Shown: piece after piece, positions 57,451-64,000 of the stretch
Position numbering within the stretch: position 1 is the stretch's first letter
How the letters are laid out: every line of letters starts with the position of its first letter
Sequence record: NC_070936.1
Strand: one strand, 5' to 3'
Length of the DNA: 64,000 nt
Translations under genes and position numbers: made by a program
Notes under the pieces: generated by a model
The model's database searches: none
What the model was told of the DNA's origin: nothing
The model's input: only the letters and a program-made list of their open reading frames with translations

Positions 57451-58008
57451 ATGAAAAAGCTTTTCCCACTCGCCAATAAAGAAACTCGTTCTCTGTTCGT
57501 TCACCCATCCATTTGTCAGGCATGGGAAATTGGTAGCGAGCATGAAGGTTATGGCCCAGAGCACGAAACCAGTTTCCTGAAACCTGGATTGGTTCCTAAC
57601 CTGGCTAAGCTGTGTAAACCTGATAATGTTTACTTCACGGTAACCGAGGAACCTAATCCAGATACCATGACCATTGATGAACTCCTTATCGGGATCAAAG
57701 ATAAAGAAGGATTCTGGCATAATGTAACACTGTCCAACCTGGAAGTTAAGTTAGAACGTCTTAATGCAGCTCAGTGGGGCATTGATGGCGTTGTTTCTGT
57801 TCCAGTAGATGAAGACCTCACTTGCCGATATGATGGTACCTATATCCATTTGGGCGAAACCAAAGTTATCAACGTTCCTATCAAACTTCGTTATGACCGT
57901 GCTACTCGTGCTCTGTCTTTCTCCAGTCCTATCAGTTATGACGTCGAAGGAATGGAACTTTTAGGTATGGTTCTCGATATTGACTGGCGTGACGCTAAAT
58001 CAGTATAA
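57451..58008 (+). CDS. Hypothetical protein
   Basis: 185 aa, AAGGA RBS. Confidence 0.65.
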   Translation: MKKLFPLANKETRSLFVHPSICQAWEIGSEHEGYGPEHETSFLKPGLVPNLAKLCKPDNVYFTVTEEPNPDTMTIDELLIGIKDKEGFWHNVTLSNLEVKLERLNAAQWGIDGVVSVPVDEDLTCRYDGTYIHLGETKVINVPIKLRYDRATRALSFSSPISYDVEGMELLGMVLDIDWRDAKSV

Positions 58009-58017
58009 TACATGATA

Positions 58018-58062
58018 CCCCTCAGACTTCCTAGGTGAAAGCCTAAGAGGTCTGAGGGTTTG
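58018..58062 (+). terminator. Long terminator-like hairpin
   Basis: CCCTCAGACTTC-CTAGG..CCTAA-GAGGTCTGAGGG-TTT. Confidence 0.65.
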
Positions 58063-58155
58063 GTAATATGATTTATTGTTTGTTTCAATACTTTGCTAAC
58101 ACACAGCGTATACGCCGTCTAACAACGGTTGTATAACTTTATTACTGTCACATAT

Positions 58156-58181
58156 TTTCAGGCAGATATTATCATTATGTA
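58156..58181 (+). promoter_or_regulatory. Putative phage early promoter
   Basis: TTTCAGGCAGATATTATCATTATGTA; shares AGGCAGATATTATC exactly with the 22082 copy. Confidence 0.65.
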
Positions 58182-58225
58182 AAAGTAAAACTTTTATTCT
58201 TTTTAACAACTTATAGGTAATAAAA

Positions 58226-59035
58226 ATGAACAGTAAGACCCAGACCAACCTAATGAGTATCTTTTTATTACTCATGTCACTTGTATGGATCTCCACTGTT
58301 TCGACTGCATATGCATCCGTCGGAGCTAATCCAAACGAGTACACTACCAAAATAGTGATGAAACGTTTTGATGGTTTGAAGGAGCATCTCTATGAAGCTT
58401 CTAAAGTAAGTGGGATGGATATGGCTGACTTAGTCGCTATATCGAGTATCGAATCCACCTTACGTACCAATACCCGTTCAAAGTTTTCAAGTGCATCCGG
58501 TGTAATGCAATACACCCGTTCAACTTGGAAACAAGATCGTAAGTTGTATGCTAAACAACTAGGTCTTTCAGAATCGGCTAATGTTTTAAATCCAAGAGCT
58601 AATCTCTTGATCGGTGCCACATCGCTAAACAACCTTAAGCAATTCCTCATAGAAAAATCACACTTGACCGACAAAACTGTCCGTGTAGGTGATCTTTATA
58701 TGAGCCATTTGGTTGGGGCCAACGGTGCACTAGCTGTTATTAACTCTAACAGCAACAAACCAATCAATAAGATCTTAAGAGTTACTAAAGGTAATTATTC
58801 CATGTACTACAAGCCGAATGGTCAGATTCGTACTGCCCGTGAATTCCGCTCTTATATGGATTACCTTGTAAAACGTGAACGCAGCTTCTATGAAAAAGAA
58901 GTAAGACGTTTCCAGATTGCCAAAGTAACTGCCCCTATTATTCGTCCGATCGAAGAAAACTTGTGGGGTAAGCAGTTAGCCATAGCTATCGCAAACACCA
59001 CTAAGTATGTCGGATATAACGATTTAAATAGTTAA
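58226..59035 (+). CDS. Lytic transglycosylase (SLT family, phiKZ gp144-type catalytic domain) with N-terminal signal peptide
   Basis: LVAISSIES (catalytic Glu), SSASGVMQY..STW, NPRANLLIGA, LYMSHLVG motifs; N-terminal hydrophobic helix ending AYA|S. Confidence 0.85.
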   Translation: MNSKTQTNLMSIFLLLMSLVWISTVSTAYASVGANPNEYTTKIVMKRFDGLKEHLYEASKVSGMDMADLVAISSIESTLRTNTRSKFSSASGVMQYTRSTWKQDRKLYAKQLGLSESANVLNPRANLLIGATSLNNLKQFLIEKSHLTDKTVRVGDLYMSHLVGANGALAVINSNSNKPINKILRVTKGNYSMYYKPNGQIRTAREFRSYMDYLVKRERSFYEKEVRRFQIAKVTAPIIRPIEENLWGKQLAIAIANTTKYVGYNDLNS

Positions 59036-59096
59036 TATCTACGCACGTGATGATGTTGTGATAGGAACAATAATTTTCACAACGAGAACAGTTCAC

Positions 59097-59360
59097 ATGA
59101 ATACTAAACAAATTCACTGTCTTTGTGATCAGCAACTTGTGCTGACACCTTCGATGGTTCAAGGTCCGAATAGCATTATCGTTAATGTCCAATACCAACA
59201 AACTCAAGCTTCTGGTAAAACAGCAGTTGTTAGTTGGGGTGGTGGAGTAAGAGCATTCATTACTTTTGATCCCACTGGCAATCAGGTGCTTAGTTACACT
59301 CTGGCTGTTCAGGACTACGCCACACAACAATCGATTGAAAACATCATCAGTGCACTTTAA
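59097..59360 (+). CDS. Small hypothetical protein
   Basis: Probable start ATG 59097 (MNTKQIHCLC..., 87 aa); followed by a terminator. Confidence 0.5.
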   Translation: MNTKQIHCLCDQQLVLTPSMVQGPNSIIVNVQYQQTQASGKTAVVSWGGGVRAFITFDPTGNQVLSYTLAVQDYATQQSIENIISAL

Positions 59361-59370
59361 TATGAAAACC

Positions 59371-59402
59371 TAACTAGGACTGGTTAACACCAGTCCTAGT
59401 TA
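59371..59402 (+). terminator. Terminator-like hairpin
   Basis: 13-bp stem TAACTAGGACTGG-TTAACA-CCAGTCCTAGTTA. Confidence 0.7.
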
Positions 59403-59426
59403 ACCTATGTTTATTTGGAGAAACCA

Positions 59427-60149
59427 ATGAACTTTGAAAGCAGTATCATCTTCACTGAAGGTCCGTTACAGGTAACTTTAAAAGGTCTGTATCCGACAAA
59501 AGGTAAGAAAAGGGAAAAACTAATTATCGATCATGTAGGACATCCTGTAATAGAGTGGTCGGTAGAAGGAGAAGGGTTGGAACCAATCAGTAGCCGCCAA
59601 ACTGTTATTCGTGCTTTAGGTGTCTGTGCTAATGACATGTTTAATGGATTCCCTGAATGTCATAAGGACTATAAACGTTCTTGGCATATGTTGATTCAGA
59701 AGTTAGGTAAACGTTCTTATGCTTCAACTCTACAGGCCGAACTTGATCGTTATCGTTCAGAAATGAAACCATCTTATCATTCCGAGCCGACATTCAAAGT
59801 GAGGGAAAGAGATGCTGTTATTACTCTGTTTAAACCTGATACGGGCGACGATGAATTTAAACTCAGCTTTAAGGTTAGCAAACCAAGTCACTACAGTGTG
59901 CACGGTAATATCGCGATCCGTTGCAATGGGGTTATTCGCCGTATTACTTACGCTCGTGATTTTGGGGTAGATAACATTCCTTACTTACTCAACCAAATTA
60001 AAGAGTGGTTGGATATCGCCGCTGAATCACATCGTTTAGATAAATCGCGTGTCAACATTATGTTGAACAACATAGAAGGTTATCTGAACAAGAAAGAACC
60101 AGCAATTAATTACTTGCTTAGCAATCTTAATGCTGGCAATAATCTATAG
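59427..60149 (+). CDS. Hypothetical protein
   Basis: Probable start ATG 59427 with GGAG RBS (MNFESSII...). Confidence 0.65.
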   Translation: MNFESSIIFTEGPLQVTLKGLYPTKGKKREKLIIDHVGHPVIEWSVEGEGLEPISSRQTVIRALGVCANDMFNGFPECHKDYKRSWHMLIQKLGKRSYASTLQAELDRYRSEMKPSYHSEPTFKVRERDAVITLFKPDTGDDEFKLSFKVSKPSHYSVHGNIAIRCNGVIRRITYARDFGVDNIPYLLNQIKEWLDIAAESHRLDKSRVNIMLNNIEGYLNKKEPAINYLLSNLNAGNNL

Positions 60150-60156
60150 GTTAAAT

Positions 60157-62130
60157 ATGGATACTGAAAAATTACGTCGTATACTTGATTTGGAAGCTAA
60201 GATCAAATATCACGATTACATGTACTTCAATCAAGACATGCCAGTTATCTCTGATGCTGAGTATGATGATCTGGTTAGAGAATATAAAGAACTTCTTGAA
60301 CAGGTGCCTGATTATAAATCTCAACTGCGTGTTGGGTTTGTTGAAGTCGATTCTAAACTTTCTACTGTGGAAATCACTGAACCAATGATTTCTATTAGTA
60401 AGAAGAAAACCCCTAAGGACTTTAAAGTATGGATAGCAAGAAATGCTCATGCCAATGAAGTCTACGAAGATAAGCTCGATGGTGTTGCAATACGTCTTGT
60501 ATACACTAACGGCGTGCTTACTGCTGGTCATACCCGTGGTCGTGGAGATATAGGTGAAGATGTAACTCACCGCATGGGTCTGGTTGTTAATATCCCAACT
60601 GAAATTGAAGCTTATAAAGGTTTCGAGAAACGTACAGTTACTGGTGAATGTTTCTGTTTGTTCACAGACTTTGACGAGTATTTAAAACGTCACAGTTTAG
60701 ACCCTAAAGAAACCGACACCCGTTCCCTGGTCTCTGGCTTACTTCGCCGTCAAACACCTGGTGACCGTGAAGACCTACCTATTCAGTTCAAGGTATATAA
60801 CACAGACCTGGAAACTCGTAAAGGCTTTAAGACCTACGATGAACTAATGGGGCATCTTTGTTCTATTGGGTTCGATATCCCTAAACGGTTCACTGAACAA
60901 GAAGTTGAAGAAATGTTATCTTTAGCTTCTAAACCTGTTGGGGAATATCCTATCGACGGGATAGTGGTTAAGATTAACGATCTTCGTGAGTGGGAGAAAG
61001 AACAAACTGGCGAGTATTATACTTATGCCACTTGTTATAAGTTCCCCACATTAAGTTATGAAACTAAAGTCACTGGGATTGATTGGTCTTTAAGTAATGA
61101 AGGTCAATTGATCGGTACATTGATGTACGAATCAGTTGAGTATGATGGAACCAAACTTACACGTTGTAAGTTGGATTACGCAGGAAGTTATTTCGAGAAA
61201 GGGTTGCGAATGGGATCTATCATTCGTATCACCAAGGCTAATGAAATCATTCCTAACTTAGTAGGATTGGTTGACCCAGGTGATGGTGAACGTTTGCACT
61301 ATCCTGAGAACTGTCCTTTCTGTAACAAACCTGTTGAATATTATCAGCTATATGGAACAGCTTATTGTAAGAACGATAGTTGTGAAGGTCAGCTGATAAA
61401 ACAACTTACACGTTTAGTTTCTAAACAAGGTCTGAATATCAAAGGTCTTGGAGATGAACGTGTTCAATCGTTAGTAGATAACGGGTTCTTATCTCAACCT
61501 GCAGATCTGTTTAAACTAACAGAATCTGATTTCATTAACTCTGGTATTGGTAAAGGTGATGCGGAAAATATCCTCAATCAAATCAGTCGGGCTTCTGACC
61601 GGGATATTGTCCATTGGTTATTTGGTCTGGCTATCCCTGGACTTGGACTCGTACGTGCTGCGGATATTAGCAATCTGGCTGCGACCAACGGGTTAAATGA
61701 TGGCTTGCAGTTACACGATGCCAAGTCATTCGTAACGGTACTCAGTGACGCCAAATACATGTCCGACATGTTTGGTCTCGATGGGTTACCTATGGTAACC
61801 CATGTTAAGAAACATGCTGATGAAATATTGGACTTCTTAAGTCATTATGATTTTAACAGGCAGAGTGTTGTTAAAGAAGTTGGGATTCCAATTGCTATTA
61901 CTGGTGCTTGGGCTGCCCTACCTCGTAGCATGATGGAAGAAGGTTTGGCTAATGCTGGATATACAGTAACTGATTCTGTTACTAAGAGTTCTAAGTGTTT
62001 GTTGATTGGTGACAAACCAGGAGCTTCCAAACTAGAGAAAGCAAACCGGTACGGTATCCCTAAGTACAACATTACTCAGGTTCATACCATGAATGGCTTA
62101 ATCGCTTTAATTGAAAGTAAACCACAGTAA
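60157..62130 (+). CDS. ligA: NAD+-dependent DNA ligase
   Basis: Subdomain Ia HDYMYF..D.PVISDAEYD, motif I EDKLDG, TRG.G..GEDVT, DGIVVK, zinc finger CPFC...C.NDSC, HhH repeats, C-terminal BRCT; probable start ATG 60157. Confidence 0.92.
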   Translation: MDTEKLRRILDLEAKIKYHDYMYFNQDMPVISDAEYDDLVREYKELLEQVPDYKSQLRVGFVEVDSKLSTVEITEPMISISKKKTPKDFKVWIARNAHANEVYEDKLDGVAIRLVYTNGVLTAGHTRGRGDIGEDVTHRMGLVVNIPTEIEAYKGFEKRTVTGECFCLFTDFDEYLKRHSLDPKETDTRSLVSGLLRRQTPGDREDLPIQFKVYNTDLETRKGFKTYDELMGHLCSIGFDIPKRFTEQEVEEMLSLASKPVGEYPIDGIVVKINDLREWEKEQTGEYYTYATCYKFPTLSYETKVTGIDWSLSNEGQLIGTLMYESVEYDGTKLTRCKLDYAGSYFEKGLRMGSIIRITKANEIIPNLVGLVDPGDGERLHYPENCPFCNKPVEYYQLYGTAYCKNDSCEGQLIKQLTRLVSKQGLNIKGLGDERVQSLVDNGFLSQPADLFKLTESDFINSGIGKGDAENILNQISRASDRDIVHWLFGLAIPGLGLVRAADISNLAATNGLNDGLQLHDAKSFVTVLSDAKYMSDMFGLDGLPMVTHVKKHADEILDFLSHYDFNRQSVVKEVGIPIAITGAWAALPRSMMEEGLANAGYTVTDSVTKSSKCLLIGDKPGASKLEKANRYGIPKYNITQVHTMNGLIALIESKPQ

Positions 62131-62134
62131 TGAT

Positions 62135-62166
62135 TAGGAGAGGGGAAACTCTCTCCTACATTTTTG
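62135..62166 (+). terminator. Terminator-like hairpin
   Basis: TAGGAGAGGG-GAAA-CTCTCTCCTA-CATTTTTG. Confidence 0.7.
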
Positions 62167-62189
62167 TTTATATAACTGGAGATAATAAA

Positions 62190-62513
62190 ATGGTTTCAAC
62201 TATAGCTAAAACTATCCTGACCTTTAAACGCCGTATGGGCGAAGCTACCATTTCTGTTATTGAAGAAATTGTGGAACGTCACGATGGTATTATGTTAATC
62301 AACATGAACTCCCATTCCGTTGAACTGGCATGTGATACAAGCCTCACTAATGATATCAACAGCATTGTCCGTCAGATTGCTGACCGTCAACGTGTTCGTA
62401 TCGACCGTGTTTGGTTTGATGAAGCCAGCAACACTACTTATGTTCCATTTATTTCTATTGTTGACTCCGGTCTTCAGGGAACTGCAGCCAATAAGATTAA
62501 GGAACTGTTCTAA
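62190..62513 (+). CDS. Hypothetical protein
   Basis: Probable start ATG 62190 with GGAGA RBS (MVSTIAKT...). Confidence 0.65.
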   Translation: MVSTIAKTILTFKRRMGEATISVIEEIVERHDGIMLINMNSHSVELACDTSLTNDINSIVRQIADRQRVRIDRVWFDEASNTTYVPFISIVDSGLQGTAANKIKELF

Positions 62514-63088
62514 TGTTAGTAGCTAATGGAAATGATTGGCACTTTGGTCCTGATGTTACCATTTGTCAAACCCACCAAACAGTAAAACGTAATCTGGGTA
62601 GTGGCGAATACAGTGATGATATCTATGGTTCTAAAATCATCACCTCGGAAGGTGGGACCTCTATCAAAATCAACAACCCTAAAGAACCAAATATCGAAAT
62701 GAGTTTGGTTAATATTCTCAAACTTCATAAACAGCAATGCGATTATTTTGCTGTGATTGTTCCTGGTGAATATAGTCCAATCCCTCAAACTCTCACTGAT
62801 ATCCTGGTTTATCTGGGCGAAGAACCACATTCCCATATTCGTGGTTGGTCTCCTATCGTATTCATTGACGGTCACTGGGAGCATTGTGAGAACGGTCTCC
62901 GGTTTACTCTCGAACGTAAGTATGGGGGTGGTTGGTTTACCCGTATAACCGCTACTAAAGAACACGACAGAATTAAACCTAATAACGGCTGCCAGTTCCT
63001 GACAACCAGTTCTGATATCAGAACACTGTTCTCCACTACTGTAGCACCAGTTAGCTTTGAAGATGTGAAACGTCTATACGACATGTAA
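62513..63088 (+). CDS. Hypothetical protein
   Basis: 191 aa, TAATG coupling to the previous gene. Confidence 0.65.
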   Translation: MLVANGNDWHFGPDVTICQTHQTVKRNLGSGEYSDDIYGSKIITSEGGTSIKINNPKEPNIEMSLVNILKLHKQQCDYFAVIVPGEYSPIPQTLTDILVYLGEEPHSHIRGWSPIVFIDGHWEHCENGLRFTLERKYGGGWFTRITATKEHDRIKPNNGCQFLTTSSDIRTLFSTTVAPVSFEDVKRLYDM

Positions 63089-63095
63089 CGGAGTA

Positions 63096-63128
63096 CCTAG
63101 AGAGGGAATTCCCTCTCTAGGACTTTAT
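63096..63128 (+). terminator. Terminator-like perfect palindrome
   Basis: CCTAGAGAGGGAATTCCCTCTCTAGG then ACTTTAT. Confidence 0.7.
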
Positions 63129-63190
63129 ATTGTTTATTTTTATTACACGTTAAATACTAAGTACGGAGTTTAATATCCTGGAGAAAATGT

Positions 63191-63712
63191 GTGGTCTATG
63201 AGATATTTACTGATGGTAGTTGTTTAGACAACAACCCAGCAGGTGGTCCAGGTGGATTAGCTTGGGTTGCTACTTACGGAGATATCCGAGCTGAACATAG
63301 CAGAGGGTTCTTTAAATCAACTAACAACCGAATGGAGATTATGGCGGTAGTGGATGCTTTATCTAGCATTCAAGAAAAGTCTGTTGTTAAGATTTATACT
63401 GATAGTCAATACACTATTGATGGTGCTACAAAGTGGGTGTGGGGCTGGATTAAAAATGGATGGGTAAGAAAGACCCAATTTGGTGCGACCGAAGATGTTA
63501 AGAACAAAGATCTGTTCCAACGTCTTCATGCACTCACTCGCTTTCATAAAGTTGAATTCATTAAAGTAAAGGCGCACTGTGGTATTCCTGATAACGAACG
63601 TTGTGATGTGTTAGCTAAATTAGCAGCCGCAAATCCCAACGAAATAGATGAAGGATTTATCCCCACAGTGAAAGATCCAAACAAACCAAAGTTTAATTAT
63701 TGGCGTAAATAA
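63191..63712 (+). CDS. rnhA: Ribonuclease HI
   Basis: EIFTDGSC...NP.GGPGG, STNNRMEIMAV, IYTDSQY, W..NGW, KN.DL..., KVKAHCG...NERCD.LA: all RNase HI catalytic motifs. Confidence 0.92.
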   Translation: MVYEIFTDGSCLDNNPAGGPGGLAWVATYGDIRAEHSRGFFKSTNNRMEIMAVVDALSSIQEKSVVKIYTDSQYTIDGATKWVWGWIKNGWVRKTQFGATEDVKNKDLFQRLHALTRFHKVEFIKVKAHCGIPDNERCDVLAKLAAANPNEIDEGFIPTVKDPNKPKFNYWRK

Positions 63713-63781
63713 AGGATAATATGAGAAGGACGCTGGGTAATGCCTTCGTCCTTTATCCTTTCTTATATAAGTGAGTTAAAC

Positions 63782-64000
63782 ATGCAATTAGTTTTCTCTG
63801 TGTTCCCAGGTGGTGGAAAATCCACTATCTGTAATCGTGCTGGGCAGTATGGGATGAAACATGTTGGTGTTTCTGCTGAAGGCTTTGTTGAGCCAGTACC
63901 GGTCCCTGCTGGAACTGTTCCAGTATTTGATTCAGATAGTTCTTTATTCGATAAAGAATATTTTCCAGGTAATTATGTCGAACACATTAAGGAAGTTCTT
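63782..64000 (+). CDS. P-loop NTPase/nucleotide-kinase-like protein, 5' part only
   Basis: Read by hand: MQLVFSVFPGGGKSTICN...VFDSDSSLFDKEYFPGNYVEHIK; runs off the window end. Confidence 0.65.
   Translation, partial: MQLVFSVFPGGGKSTICNRAGQYGMKHVGVSAEGFVEPVPVPAGTVPVFDSDSSLFDKEYFPGNYVEHIKEVL

Noticed and set aside
63726-63753. Hairpin after rnhA
   Set aside because: The stem (AAGGACG/CGTCCTT) has an irregular interior; too weak to list as a supported terminator.
1-64000. Stop-codon reassignment, inteins, introns or programmed frameshifts
   Set aside because: Core genes (DnaB, capsid, RNAP subunit, SbcC, ligase, RNase H) are full length and uninterrupted in code 11; all three stops are used; gene overlaps look like ordinary translational coupling.
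1-64000. tRNA, rRNA, CRISPR array, transposase or integrase
   Set aside because: No cloverleaf/TTCGA-type T-loop context, repeat-spacer array or recombinase motif was seen, and intergenic gaps are short and mostly explained by terminators and promoters. This was judged by eye only; tRNAscan-SE would be decisive.

Overview
This window is a 64 kb segment of a phiKZ-like, nucleus-forming jumbo myophage (Chimalliviridae-type gene content and order), with roughly 40% GC by eye and the standard genetic code. The host is probably a Gram-negative gamma-proteobacterium: a spanin pair is present, and the capsid gene uses enteric-type optimal codons. From left to right it carries: baseplate genes on the minus strand; a head/inner-body paralog array; neck/baseplate genes; a DnaB helicase; the major capsid protein; an early operon with a non-virion RNA polymerase beta-type subunit; small accessory genes; the portal; RuvC; a candidate holin facing an overlapping i-/o-spanin pair; four paralogous tail-fibre-like genes; a tail spike; SbcC; a signal-peptide-bearing lytic transglycosylase; an NAD+-dependent DNA ligase; and RNase H. 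phiKZ gene-number equivalences rest on motif recall and synteny, not on a search. The most unusual items are: (1) about 31 DUF285/BspA-type leucine-rich repeats appended to a tail-fibre paralog; (2) an apparently early-expressed, Sec-exported lytic transglycosylase in a two-gene cassette; (3) a family of terminator-like hairpins that conserve primary sequence (G(A/G)GTAGG); (4) five head-to-head gene pairs separated by only 21-37 bp of back-to-back ribosome-binding sites; (5) a twofold internally repeated membrane protein beside the spanins. No tRNA, CRISPR array, transposase, reverse transcriptase or intein was seen.
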